Source: an uncultured Gemmatimonadales bacterium
Lineage (GTDB): Bacteria; Gemmatimonadota; Gemmatimonadetes; Gemmatimonadales; Gemmatimonadaceae
Length of the DNA stretch: 64,000 nucleotides
Reading direction: 5' to 3'
Assembly (NCBI GenBank): GCA_963701965.1
Contig: OY969695.1
Location: 2,624,001 to 2,688,000, forward strand
In this document: positions 23,022 through 33,284 of the stretch, in pieces
How the letters are laid out: each line of letters begins with the position of its first letter
Position numbering within the stretch: the stretch's first letter is position 1
Notes under the pieces: generated by a model
What the model was told of the DNA's origin: nothing
The model's input: the letters and a program-made list of their open reading frames with translations, nothing else
Database searches by the model: none
Program-made: the position numbers and the translations under genes

Positions 23022-24351
23022 GGACACCATCGCGGCTGTCGCCACCGCTCCGGGACGGAGCGCGTTGGCGTTGGTGCGCGTCAGCGGGCCGGACGCGTGG
23101 GAGATCGCGGGCCGCGTCCTGGGACCGTGGCCGCCGGTGCCGCGGCGCGCAACGTTGCTCACGGCGCGCGACCCGGAGACCGGCGAGCGTCTCGATCGGG
23201 TGATCGCGACGACGTTCGAGGCGCCGCACTCGTTCACCGGCCAGCGGGTCGTGGAGATCGCGACGCACGGCGGGGCGCTCATACCCGCCACCATCCTCGC
23301 GGCGCTGGTCGCGGCCGGCGCCCGGCCCGCCCTGGGGGGCGAGTTCACGCGGCGCGCGTTGCTGGGCGGCAAGCTGGACGTGGCGCAGGCCGAGGCGATC
23401 GGCGATCTCATCGACGCGCGGAGCGGCGCGGCCCGGCGCGCGGCGCTGGCGCAGCTCGACGGCGGGCTCTCCCGCCGGGTGGCCGCGCTGCGCGCGGCCC
23501 TCATTGAGACCGAGGCGCTCATCGCCTACGAGATCGACTTTCCCGAGGAGGACGACGGTCCGATTCCTCCCGCCCGCATCGCCGCATCCGCGGCGGCCGC
23601 CGCGGGCGCGCTGGCGCAGCTTCTGGCGACGGCGCCGGTCGGCGCCCTCGTACGCGAGGGCGCGCTCGTCGTCATCGCGGGGCCGCCGAACGTCGGCAAG
23701 TCCTCCCTGTTCAATGCGATCCTCGGGCGCGCCCAGGCGATCGTCACCGAGATTCCGGGCACGACGCGCGACGCCATCGAAGCGCTCGTCGAGCCGCCCG
23801 GCGCCGCGTTTCCACTGCGGCTCGTCGACACGGCGGGACTCCGCGAGACCAGCGACGTCGTCGAGCGGCTCGGCATCGAGGTATCCGAACGCTATCTCGC
23901 CGGCGCCCACGCGATCCTGGCCTGTGGCGAGACTGCGGCCGCGATCGACGCCACGGTCGCCCGGGTGCGGGCCCACAGCGAGGCCCCGGTGGTGTCCGTC
24001 CTCACCAAGGCCGACTTACGCGGCGCGATTCTCCACGGCGCCATCGCCACCAGCGCTGAAACGGGTGCCGGCATCCGTGAGCTCCTGGCCGCGGTTTATG
24101 CCGCCGTCGGCGCCGCGACGCCCGATCCCGACACGCCGATCGTCACCCGCGCGCGGCATCGGGAGAGTCTGACCCGGGCCAGCGCCGAGCTACGGCTCTT
24201 CGTGGACACGTGGGAGGCGCACACGGTGCCAGCGGTCATCGCCGCGGTGCACTTGCGAAGCGCGGTCGATGCACTCGAGGACATCATCGGCGTTGTCGAC
24301 ACCGACAATGTCCTCGATCGACTCTTTTCCGAATTCTGCGTCGGGAAATAG
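23011..24351 (+). CDS. mnmE: tRNA modification GTPase MnmE
   Basis: DTIAAVAT, GEFTRRA, GPPNVGKSS, GTTRD, DTAG, FCVGK. Confidence 0.97.
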   Translation: MLSEDTIAAVATAPGRSALALVRVSGPDAWEIAGRVLGPWPPVPRRATLLTARDPETGERLDRVIATTFEAPHSFTGQRVVEIATHGGALIPATILAALVAAGARPALGGEFTRRALLGGKLDVAQAEAIGDLIDARSGAARRAALAQLDGGLSRRVAALRAALIETEALIAYEIDFPEEDDGPIPPARIAASAAAAAGALAQLLATAPVGALVREGALVVIAGPPNVGKSSLFNAILGRAQAIVTEIPGTTRDAIEALVEPPGAAFPLRLVDTAGLRETSDVVERLGIEVSERYLAGAHAILACGETAAAIDATVARVRAHSEAPVVSVLTKADLRGAILHGAIATSAETGAGIRELLAAVYAAVGAATPDPDTPIVTRARHRESLTRASAELRLFVDTWEAHTVPAVIAAVHLRSAVDALEDIIGVVDTDNVLDRLFSEFCVGK

Positions 24352-24356
24352 ACGCG

Positions 24357-25058
24357 CTACGCTGTTGCCGCGGCGGTGCCCTTTCGCCCGGCATCGCGCA
24401 GTCGCCGCGCGACGATCGTGTGGCCTTTGGCCGAGGCGACCATGGCGGGGGTTTGGTCGCTGTCCATGCGGATCGTCGGATCGGCGCCGAGTCGGAGGAG
24501 CGCATCGATCAGCGCGACGGTGCCGCGCGCCGCGGCGTTGTGGAGCGGCGTGATGCCCGCGCTGGCGCGGGCGTTGGGCAGCGCGCCCCGGCTGATGAGG
24601 ATTTCGATCACCGTCGGGTTGCCGATGCCCGTGACCGCGAGATGGAGTGGCGTGTTGACCATGGCATCGGCGATCGCCGCGTTGGGATTGGCGCCGGCGT
24701 CCAGCACGCGCCGCACGGCGCTCGCCTGCCCCGCGAACGCCGCCAGGTGCAGCATCATCCACCCATTCGCCAGCCGGGCGTGGACCAGCGACGGTTCGGC
24801 GCCCAGCAGCGCGTCGAGCCGGGGGATCGCGCCGACCGCCGCCGCCTCGAACGCATCGAGATCCGTGCGTTCGGCGACCAGGACCGCGACGTCGAGCCGT
24901 CCCTTGTAGATGGCCGGCAGCACCATGCTTTCGCCGGTCGCGCGCCGGGCGGCGCTGGCCAGCTCCGGCGCCGCCGCCAGCAGCGCGCGCACGGCGATCA
25001 AATCGCCGTGCCGGACCGCTTCGACAAACGCGTTGGTCGCGAGGGGGAAGTCACGCAT
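24357..25058 (-). CDS. Ankyrin-repeat protein
   Basis: TPLHLA, TPLHNAA, GANPN and GADP repeats. Confidence 0.9.
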   Translation of the reverse strand: MRDFPLATNAFVEAVRHGDLIAVRALLAAAPELASAARRATGESMVLPAIYKGRLDVAVLVAERTDLDAFEAAAVGAIPRLDALLGAEPSLVHARLANGWMMLHLAAFAGQASAVRRVLDAGANPNAAIADAMVNTPLHLAVTGIGNPTVIEILISRGALPNARASAGITPLHNAAARGTVALIDALLRLGADPTIRMDSDQTPAMVASAKGHTIVARRLRDAGRKGTAAATA

Positions 25059-25122
25059 AGGGCCCTTACCCTACCCCTCACCCCACCCGGCCGCAAGAGT
25101 TCGGCCCCCCGGTGCGGCCAAG

Positions 25123-25308
25123 TCAGGGCTCGCGCGGCGGCTCGCGGGTCGCGGACTCCCAGATTTCGTCCGCCAGCCATTCCAGACGGCGTTGCGCGTA
25201 GTGCAGGTCGTCGGGTGACATGCTGCGCGCGCCGCGAGCCAGAGTGCGCACATGCCCGACCAATTCGTCGAGGATCTCGCGCAACTCCCGCTGGCTGCGG
25301 CGCTCCAT
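25123..25308 (-). CDS. Small hypothetical protein
   Basis: Helical 61-aa ORF co-oriented with its neighbours. Confidence 0.55.
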   Translation of the reverse strand: MERRSQRELREILDELVGHVRTLARGARSMSPDDLHYAQRRLEWLADEIWESATREPPREP

Positions 25309-25323
25309 GGTCACATCTACAAC

Positions 25324-26262
25324 TTACGCCGAGACCGCGGTGGTGCGACCCGACGCCGCGATTTCTTCCGCGCTGGCCCGCGCGCACCATGCCAGGCCAT
25401 GCGCCGCGACAGCAGCCTCGGCCATGCGGGCCCCCAGGTAGTACCCGCTGCGCTCGGGCAGCACATACCGGTCGACGGTGCGCGCTTCGTCGCTGACGCC
25501 GCCCGAGAGGTAGCGGAGGCGGAGCCCCAGCCCGCGCGCATCCAGATCGGCGTCGGCCGAGCGGGCGATCACGGATTCCAACTCGCGCACGCGCGCGTAT
25601 TGCCGGCGGCCGTACCCGAAATACTCCCACGCCGCGTGACCGGGGCTCAACGTGCGCGAGACGTGCACGGAGAGCCCCTCGTTGATCAGGAGCTCGCGCA
25701 GCGTCGCTTGGCGGCCCGTCTCCCAGTAGGAGTATTCACCGCCTGCTTCGCGGACCAACGCCGCCATGTCACTCCGGCTGCTGGGCGACGTGTAGCGCAC
25801 CGCGTGCGCGATCTCATGCGACAGCCAGAGCGGCATCAACTCCGGGTCGAGACCCAGCCCCTGCGTCTCGGCGTTCGCCACGCTCGTGAAGTGCTCCAGG
25901 CACACGAAGGCCGTGCCGCGACCGCCGACCACCAATTCGCCGGCGTTGGCCGCGCCAACACCCACCATGAGCACCGCGTCGATCTCGACGTCCGCCTCCA
26001 GCACCCCCAAGCACGCCTCGGCGGTGACGCGGGCCAGTGCCTCGACGTCCGTGCGCTCCAGCATGGCGATGAGGTCACCCCGATCGGCGTTCGCCGCCGC
26101 GCGAACCACGTCGGCGAAGTGCGGGCCGTCCGGGTCGACCACGTAGTTGTGCCAGTACGCGTCGAGGATCGCGCGGTGGGCGTCGTAATAGCGGAGATAC
26201 GCCTGCACCCGATCCGTGCTGTTCAGGACTGCGAAGAAGTCGGGCAGCAGATTGATCAGCAT
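25324..26262 (-). CDS. Putative Zn-dependent protease (DUF2268-like)
   Basis: HEIAH...NEG...GYYLG. Confidence 0.75.
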   Translation of the reverse strand: MLINLLPDFFAVLNSTDRVQAYLRYYDAHRAILDAYWHNYVVDPDGPHFADVVRAAANADRGDLIAMLERTDVEALARVTAEACLGVLEADVEIDAVLMVGVGAANAGELVVGGRGTAFVCLEHFTSVANAETQGLGLDPELMPLWLSHEIAHAVRYTSPSSRSDMAALVREAGGEYSYWETGRQATLRELLINEGLSVHVSRTLSPGHAAWEYFGYGRRQYARVRELESVIARSADADLDARGLGLRLRYLSGGVSDEARTVDRYVLPERSGYYLGARMAEAAVAAHGLAWCARASAEEIAASGRTTAVSA

Positions 26263-26282
26263 CAGCGCCCAAGATAGCCAGT

Positions 26283-26912
26283 CTACCGCGTTCCGAACAA
26301 CCGATCGCCCGCGTCGCCCAGGCCGGGAAGGATGTAGCCGTGCGCGTTCAGCTCCCGATCCAGCGCCGCGCAGTACACGCGGACATCCGGGTGCGCCGCC
26401 GCCAAACGCGCGACGCCGGCCGGCGCCGCGACGACGCACAGAAAGCGAATGCGCGTCGCCCCGGCCCGTTTGAGCGAGCCGACGGCCGAAACGGCGCTCC
26501 CACCGGTGGCCAGCATCGGATCCAGGACAAAAAAATCCCGCTGCGCCGCGTCGCCCGGGACGCGAAAGTAGTAGTCGACCGGTTCCAGCGTGTCGTGGTC
26601 GCGATAGAGGCCGATGTGTCCGACGCGCGCCCCGGGCACCAGGCGGAGGACGCCCTCGACCATCCCCAGCCCGGCGCGCAGGATCGGCACCAGGACCAGC
26701 TTCTTGCCCCGCACCTGCATGCCCGTCGTGCGTTCCAGCGGTGTGTCGACCTCGGTCGGCTCCAATGCCAGATCGCTCGTGGCCTCGTAGGCCATCAGCA
26801 TTGCGATCTCGTCGAGCAGCTCCTTGAAAATCTTCGTCGGTGTGCGCCGGTCGCGGAGCAGCGTCACCTTGTGCTGGATCAGCGGGTGGCGCGCGATCGT
26901 GAGGGTATCCAT
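26283..26912 (-). CDS. upp: Uracil phosphoribosyltransferase
   Basis: [30 protein letters not shown]. Confidence 0.97.
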   Translation of the reverse strand: MDTLTIARHPLIQHKVTLLRDRRTPTKIFKELLDEIAMLMAYEATSDLALEPTEVDTPLERTTGMQVRGKKLVLVPILRAGLGMVEGVLRLVPGARVGHIGLYRDHDTLEPVDYYFRVPGDAAQRDFFVLDPMLATGGSAVSAVGSLKRAGATRIRFLCVVAAPAGVARLAAAHPDVRVYCAALDRELNAHGYILPGLGDAGDRLFGTR

Positions 26913-26943
26913 AGGCGCCTCAAGCTAGTATCTTCGCGACTGC

Positions 26944-27138
26944 ATGGCATCGAAAGAATACCAGGCCGTCATGCTGCGGCTCACGCACCATCCGCGAGAC
27001 GACGAGGATGCGCTGACGGATTTGTTGAACGAGCGCAGTCGCGGCGGCTGGGAGCCCGCGGTGCTCGCGCAGAGCGGCGCGCCGGGCGGCGAGCGGCTCA
27101 CCGTGATCTTTCAGCGTGTGACGGCACCGGAGCACTGA
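26944..27138 (+). CDS. Small hypothetical protein (DUF4177-like)
   Basis: EYQAV...LLNERSRGGWE...VIFQR pattern. Confidence 0.65.
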   Translation: MASKEYQAVMLRLTHHPRDDEDALTDLLNERSRGGWEPAVLAQSGAPGGERLTVIFQRVTAPEH

Positions 27139-27150
27139 CCGACGGGTGCC

Positions 27151-27750
27151 GTGCGGTGGGCGCTTCGCGTAGTTGGCGGCGTCGCCGCGCTGGCCCTGTT
27201 GGCGTGGGCCGCGTCCGCGGTGCTCGTGGTTGTCTGGAGCCGGCGTGACGAGGCCCGACCGGCCTCAGCGATCGTCGTGCTCGGCGCCGCCCAATACCTC
27301 GGCCGTCCTTCCCCGGTTTTGCGCGCGCGTCTCGACCACGCGATCGACCTCTGGCAACACGGCTTGGCCCCGATCCTCGTGCTGACTGGCGGTCGTGGTG
27401 TCCATGACACCACGAGCGAAGCCGAAGTGTCGCGGGTCTATGCAGCGCGGCGCGGCGTGCCCGACAGTGCGGTCCTGCTGGAGACGGCGGGGCGCACATC
27501 CGACGAGTCGATGCGCGCCGTCGCTACCATGATGCACGCGCGCGGGATGCGCGACGCGATTTTGGTGAGCGACCCCTTCCATATGCTGCGGCTGGAAGTG
27601 CTGGCATCGCGGCTCGGGCTTACCGCTTATACGTCGCCTACGCACACCAGCCCCATCTCCGCCCATCGCGAGCTCGTGGCTGAGTACATCCTCGGCGAAT
27701 CGCTCAAGGTGCCGTTCACGCTGCTATTTGAACATGAGCACGCACCCTGA
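27151..27750 (+). CDS. YdcF/DUF218-family protein
   Basis: AIVVLGAA, RLD, TGG, SEA, VSDPFHMLR. Confidence 0.9.
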   Translation: MRWALRVVGGVAALALLAWAASAVLVVVWSRRDEARPASAIVVLGAAQYLGRPSPVLRARLDHAIDLWQHGLAPILVLTGGRGVHDTTSEAEVSRVYAARRGVPDSAVLLETAGRTSDESMRAVATMMHARGMRDAILVSDPFHMLRLEVLASRLGLTAYTSPTHTSPISAHRELVAEYILGESLKVPFTLLFEHEHAP

Positions 27751-27781
27751 GAGACGGCGCATATCATCTGAGAAGTAGCAC

Positions 27782-27811
27782 TTGCTTTATGCGCCTGTGG
27801 AGGCACATTAT
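27782..27811 (+). promoter_or_regulatory. Putative sigma70 promoter of the PQQ dehydrogenase operon
   Basis: TTGCTT-N18-CATTAT; predicted +1 at ~27817. Confidence 0.45.
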
Positions 27812-27816
27812 GTGGC

Positions 27817-27889
27817 GACAACAATAGGAAGCGCCCGTTGATCGGCCAGCCGGGTGTCGTGGAGAGTAATCTCCGCGGCACCCGCTCTG
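27817..27889 (+). ncRNA. Candidate structured RNA motif, copy A (5' leader of the PQQ dehydrogenase)
   Basis: Shared with 33285-33355; 15-bp stem with two U-G pairs and a GUAA tetraloop. Confidence 0.55.
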
Positions 27890-27957
27890 GCTTAGGGCCG
27901 TCAGGACGCAAGCAGTGTGTCGAGCGCGTTGTCAGCCGTCCAGAACCAGGAGGGGTC

Positions 27958-29661
27958 ATGCGCACCAGCCGGCTGCTCGTATCGAGTGCCGTGGGAGCAT
28001 TTCTCGCGACGACGGTGTTCGCGCAAGAACAGGTCGAGACGAAGACGAAGAAGGAGGCCGCCCCGACCTTCACCGCCGTTTCGGATGCCATGCTCCGCGA
28101 TGCCCGAGCGGATGCGAAGAACTGGCTCATGATCGGCCGCGACTACACGAACCAACAATGGTCGCCACTCACACAAATCAACGCCACCAACGTTCAGGGC
28201 CTGCGGGTGGCATGGATGTACCAGACCGGCATCTCGCGACTCGGGTCGTTCGAGACGAGTCCGGTGGTGGTGAATGGCGTGATGTACGTGACGACGCCAT
28301 ACAGTACCGTCATGGCCGTCAACGCGCGCACGGGAAAAGAGATCTGGCGCTATGAGCCGAAACTCGCGACGACGATTTTCTGTTGCGGACCGAACAACCG
28401 CGGCGTCGCCATCTCCGACAACACCGTGTACTTCGGCACGCTCGATGCGCGACTCATCGCGCTCGAGGCGCAGACCGGCAAGGTGAAGTGGAACGTGGCC
28501 GTCGCCGATCCCGACGCGGGATACAGCGAGACCCATGCGCCGCTCGTCATCGGCGACAAGGTCATCATCGGCATCTCCGGTGGCGAGTACGGCATTCGCG
28601 GATTCGTGCGGGCGTACAACAAGGAAACCGGCGAACCCGTGTGGACGACGTACACGACGTTCCAGGACAACTGGTTCGGGAAGTGGACGCCAAAGACTTG
28701 GGAAGGCGACTACTCGCTCAATCGGAACATCGACGCGGAGAAGGCCGATTCCGGCAAGTACGCCGATGCGTGGCAACGCGGCGGGGCCGGCGTCTGGATG
28801 AATCCCGCGTACGACGCCGCCACGAACCAGATCTTCGTGGCCAGCGGCAACCCGTCCCCCGACCTCGACGGCAGCGTCAGACCGGGGGACAATTTGTGTG
28901 CGGACTGCATCATCGCAATGGATGCGGGGACCGGGAAGATCACGTGGTACTATCAGGAAGTCCCACACGATGTGTGGGATCTCGACGCCGTCAGCCCGCC
29001 GGTCGTGGTGAAGTTGAAGGATGGGCGGACGGCGGTGGCCCAGGCCGGGAAGACGGCGTGGGTATACGTGCTCGATGCGAAGACCGGCAAGCTCATCCGC
29101 AAGTCGAAAGCGTTCAATCGCATCGAGAACATGTTCGCGCAGCCGACCGCCGACGGTGTCCGGATGCTCCCCGGCGCGAACGGCGGGTCGGAGTGGTCGC
29201 CGATGGCGGTCAATCCAACGCTCGGCTACGCGTACGTCATGGGTCTCGAGCAACCCATGCACTACATCACGCACAGCGCTCCGCTGACCAAGGGGCAACT
29301 GTGGCTCGGATCGGCGTTCAAGGCGGTGCCGGGCGAAGACCAATACGGCACCTACACGGCGATCGATCTCAATACGGGCGCCATCGCGTGGCAGAACAAG
29401 ACCGAGCAGCCGATGATCGGCGGCTCGCTGGCCACGGCGGGCAACCTCGTCTTCACGGGCGAGGGCAACGGCCATTTCGACGCGTTCGACGCACGCACCG
29501 GAAAGCTGTTGTGGCACTTCGCGGCGGGTGCCGGCTGCAACGCGCCCCCCGTGACCTACGAGCTCGATGGCAAGCAGTACATAGCAGCCGCCTGCGGCGG
29601 CAATTTCCAGCTCGGATATCCGTTGGGTGATGCCGTGTTGGTATTCACGCTTCCCCAATAG
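27958..29661 (+). CDS. PQQ-dependent alcohol dehydrogenase-family protein, probably lanthanide-binding
   Basis: Signal peptide, vicinal CC (FCCGPNNRG), GGEYG, HDVWDLDA (DxD), Trp-docking repeats. Confidence 0.9.
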   Translation: MRTSRLLVSSAVGAFLATTVFAQEQVETKTKKEAAPTFTAVSDAMLRDARADAKNWLMIGRDYTNQQWSPLTQINATNVQGLRVAWMYQTGISRLGSFETSPVVVNGVMYVTTPYSTVMAVNARTGKEIWRYEPKLATTIFCCGPNNRGVAISDNTVYFGTLDARLIALEAQTGKVKWNVAVADPDAGYSETHAPLVIGDKVIIGISGGEYGIRGFVRAYNKETGEPVWTTYTTFQDNWFGKWTPKTWEGDYSLNRNIDAEKADSGKYADAWQRGGAGVWMNPAYDAATNQIFVASGNPSPDLDGSVRPGDNLCADCIIAMDAGTGKITWYYQEVPHDVWDLDAVSPPVVVKLKDGRTAVAQAGKTAWVYVLDAKTGKLIRKSKAFNRIENMFAQPTADGVRMLPGANGGSEWSPMAVNPTLGYAYVMGLEQPMHYITHSAPLTKGQLWLGSAFKAVPGEDQYGTYTAIDLNTGAIAWQNKTEQPMIGGSLATAGNLVFTGEGNGHFDAFDARTGKLLWHFAAGAGCNAPPVTYELDGKQYIAAACGGNFQLGYPLGDAVLVFTLPQ

Positions 29662-29672
29662 GCCGGGCATCG

Positions 29673-30050
29673 ATGCGGCGGCTCGCGATCGGCGCGGCAC
29701 TCACCGTCGGGGCATTCGGGGTTCTGGCGCAGTCCTCAGACCCCGCGCCGACGAGCTTGGGCGGCCACTATTGGGGCCGCCTGAGTGCCGCCGAGAAGGA
29801 GTCGTACCTCACCGGTTTTCTTGCCGGTGCGGCCGCCGAGCAGGCGCGGGCCGGAGACAGCACGCGGGTCACCGGCGCCGCGATCGATGCGTTGCGTACC
29901 CGTGCGGCGCTGCGTTTTCGATTCTCGCCGAACGTGTATGCCGCGCAGATCGACGACTACTACTACTCGCGGCAGGATCGCCTCGACGTGCCGATTGTCG
30001 AGGCAATGATCGTGCTCAACGGCGCCATGCTGGAGCAGCAGCGGCGCTAA
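29673..30050 (+). CDS. Small exported hypothetical protein
   Basis: Signal peptide; lies within the operon. Confidence 0.7.
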   Translation: MRRLAIGAALTVGAFGVLAQSSDPAPTSLGGHYWGRLSAAEKESYLTGFLAGAAAEQARAGDSTRVTGAAIDALRTRAALRFRFSPNVYAAQIDDYYYSRQDRLDVPIVEAMIVLNGAMLEQQRR

Positions 30051-30077
30051 GTCCACACTTCGCTGCAGGAGAGCAAG

Positions 30078-31379
30078 ATGAAACGACTCGCTGTGTTGGG
30101 TTTCACCGCGTTTCTCGCCGTGGCTCACAATGCCCGTGCGCAATTGACGATGCAAATGAGTAACGGCTGGAACTTTACCTTCGCGGGCAACGTCAACGCT
30201 TTCTACGTCGAGCAGTGGGGCAACGCGCTCGCCAATGCGGGCCCCGGGGGCGCACCAGTCATCAACGGTGGACTCGTCGCGCAAGGCGAAGGCACGAACG
30301 CGAACATCCGCACGGGACTCCTGCCCGCGGCTGTGACATTCGACGCCAAAGGGAAGGAGGGCGATTTGCTGCTCGGCGTGCACTTCGGCTTTTTCCCGCA
30401 GATTCAAAACGGCGGTGATGGTCGCCTCACCGGGCAGTCCGGCAACATCCATGATCAGTTCGGCGCACAGATCGACATGCGCCAGGTCTATTTGACAGTC
30501 GGCGGCGATTGGGGTCAGATCCTCGCCGGTCGTGAGATCGGCCTCTATCAGCGCCAGAACATCCTGACGGACGCGACGCTCTTCGGCATCGGCGCGAGCG
30601 GTGGCAATCTGGGCGCCGGTGGGACGACGCTCGGCCGCATCGGATTCGGGTACGTCTATCCGAACTTCGAAGCGCAGATCACCTACAGCACGTCGGCGAC
30701 GAGCCCGCTGCAATTTGCGATCGGTGTCTTCCAGCCGAGTGAGGTCGGCGCCGCCGGGACGGCGTACGTGTACACGCCGCTGCCGCGCGTCGAGTCTGAG
30801 ATCTCGTACACGGGCAAGTTAGGCCAAGCCGAAGGCACGACGAACAAGTGGATGGTCTGGGTCAATGGCATGGTGCAGCAGGCGCAGAACGCGCCGACGG
30901 GTACGACGCCCAGCGGCGCGCCGGACACGACGACCAAGGTGACCTCGGCAGGCGTCGGCGGCGGCCTCAAGCTCGACTTCTCGCGTCTGTCGCTCGTCGG
31001 CTCCGGGTACTACGGCCGCGGCATCGGGACTGTCCTCATGTTCGGTGGCACGGCGATCGATGCCAATCCGGCCGGCGCGCAGGGGCGCATCGGCTACGGC
31101 TACATTGGCCAGGCCTCGTTCAAGCTCGATCCCAAGTGGACGCTCGTCGGCAGCTGGGGCGAGAGCATGACGACGGGCACCAATTTCGACAACGCCAACT
31201 TCGCGACCCAGGATGGCCCGCTCCTCAAGTACAACGCATTGGGAGTGGGTTCGCTCGTGTATCAAATGACGAAGTCTCTCAAGTGGGTCATCGAATACGA
31301 CTACACGGAGGCGGCAAACCAAGCCCACCAGAAGCAAGTCGCGAATCAGGTGGCGACGGGCTTCATGGTCTTCTTCTAA
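30078..31379 (+). CDS. Outer-membrane porin
   Basis: Signal peptide, amphipathic beta strands, C-terminal Phe. Confidence 0.85.
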   Translation: MKRLAVLGFTAFLAVAHNARAQLTMQMSNGWNFTFAGNVNAFYVEQWGNALANAGPGGAPVINGGLVAQGEGTNANIRTGLLPAAVTFDAKGKEGDLLLGVHFGFFPQIQNGGDGRLTGQSGNIHDQFGAQIDMRQVYLTVGGDWGQILAGREIGLYQRQNILTDATLFGIGASGGNLGAGGTTLGRIGFGYVYPNFEAQITYSTSATSPLQFAIGVFQPSEVGAAGTAYVYTPLPRVESEISYTGKLGQAEGTTNKWMVWVNGMVQQAQNAPTGTTPSGAPDTTTKVTSAGVGGGLKLDFSRLSLVGSGYYGRGIGTVLMFGGTAIDANPAGAQGRIGYGYIGQASFKLDPKWTLVGSWGESMTTGTNFDNANFATQDGPLLKYNALGVGSLVYQMTKSLKWVIEYDYTEAANQAHQKQVANQVATGFMVFF

Positions 31380-31457
31380 GACAAATCCACCAGGCGTTTC
31401 ACGGCGTACCGGATGCAGTACTCCTTGCTCGTTCATCTTCACATCACGGGGCAGCTC

Positions 31458-33276
31458 ATGAATCAGCTCAACCGCCCGATGCGGATCGGTGCGTTGGTAG
31501 CCGGTTCACTGGCATTGTGCGCCGCAACCGCGGTCGCACAGGATCAGTTGGCCGACATGACGAAAAATGCCAACCAGTGGGTGATGACGGGTCGGACCTA
31601 TGACCTACAGCGTTATAGCCCGCTGGCGCAGATCACCGCCGCCAACGTCGCACACCTCCACCCGGCGTGGAGTTTCTCGACCGGCACGCTGCGCGGACAC
31701 GAGGGCAACCCGCTCGTGATCGGCAGCGTCATGTACGTGCACTCCTCATTCCCCAACAAGGTCTACGCGCTCGATCTCACCAAGCCCGGCGCGCCCCAGA
31801 TCTGGCAGTACACGCCAGAGCAGGACGCCAACGTGATCCCGATCGCGTGCTGCGACGTGGTCAACCGCGGCCTGGCCTATCACCCCAGCGGCAAGCTGTA
31901 CATCGAGCTGCTGCAGGGGGACTTGTTGGCCCTCGACGCCAAGACCGGGAAGAAGATCTTCCAGGTCAAGAGCGCCGATTTCCACAAGGGCGAGACGATG
32001 ACCAACGCCCCGCTCGTGGTGAAGAACGTCGTGCTCACGGGGATCTCGGGCGGGGAGTTCGGCGTCCGGGGCCGCATCACGGCCTTCAATGCCATGGACG
32101 GCCATGAACTGTGGCGCGGGTACTCGACCGGTCCGGACGCCGAGGTCAAGATCACTGGCGTGCCGAACGCGAACTATCCGTCGATGCAGGGCAAGGATCT
32201 CGGTGTCTCGACGTGGCAGGGGGATGAGTGGCAGCGCGGCGGCGGCACGACGTGGGGATGGTACTCCTACGATCCGCAACTCAACCTGTTCTACTACGGC
32301 TCGGGCAATCCGGGGACGTGGAACCCCGATCAGCGGCCGGGCGACAACAAGTGGTCGATGTCGATCTGGGCCCGGAACCCGGAGACGGGCGAAGTGAAGT
32401 GGGTCTATCAGAATGACCCCGCACGATGCGTGGGACTATGACGGCGTGAACGAGATGATCTTGAGCGACCAGACGATCGGCGGGAAGCCCGTCAAGGCGC
32501 TGACGCACTTCGATCGCAACGGGTTCGGCTACACGCTCGATCGGACGAATGGGAAAGTCTTGGTGGCCAACCCCTACGGGCCGACGAACTGGGCGAAGTC
32601 GGTCGATCTGACGACGGGACGGCCGGTGGAAGATGCCTCGAAGCGGACGACGGCCAAGGGGAACACGGAAGGGATTTGCCCGGCGGCGATCGGGTTCAAG
32701 GATCAGCAGCCGGCGGCGTACTCGCCGAAGACGCAGCTCTTCTACGTGCCGGTGAACAACATCTGCATGGACTACGAGGGCGTGGAAGTGAAGTACGCGG
32801 CGGGGCAGCCGTACGTGGGCGCGATCGTGCGGATGTTCCCGGGCCCGGGCGGCAACCGCGGGCGCTTCATCGCCTGGGATCCGCGCCTGGGGAAAGTGAT
32901 GTGGGAGGACAAGGAGAATCTCGCGGCCTACGGCGGGGTGCTGACGACTGGCGGCGATCTCGTCTTCTACGGGACGATGGAAGGGTGGTTGAAGGCGGTG
33001 GATCCGAAGACGGGCAAGCTCTTGTGGCAGTACAAGACGCCGTCGGGGATCATCGGGAACCCGATGACGTATGTGGGGCCCGATGGGAAGCAGTACGTGG
33101 CAGTGTTGTCGGGGATCGGCGGGTGGGCCGGGATCGGCGTGGCCGCCGGGATCGGGGCCGAGGATCCGACCGCGGGCCTGGGCGCGCTCGGCGCGTTCGG
33201 GGACGCCGGATCCTTCACGACGCAAGGTGGTGTCCTGACCGTGTTCTCACTCGACGGTCCGGCGATGGCGAAGTAA
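31458..33276 (+). CDS. xoxF: Lanthanide-dependent methanol dehydrogenase XoxF (+1 frameshift at ~32412, likely sequencing error)
   Basis: WSFSTGTLRGHEG, ACCDVVNRG, GGEFGVRG, RPGDNKWSM, HDAWDYDGVNE (DYD); followed by xoxJ/xoxG-like genes; no mxaI in the window. Confidence 0.9.
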
Positions 33277-33284
33277 AAGCAAGA

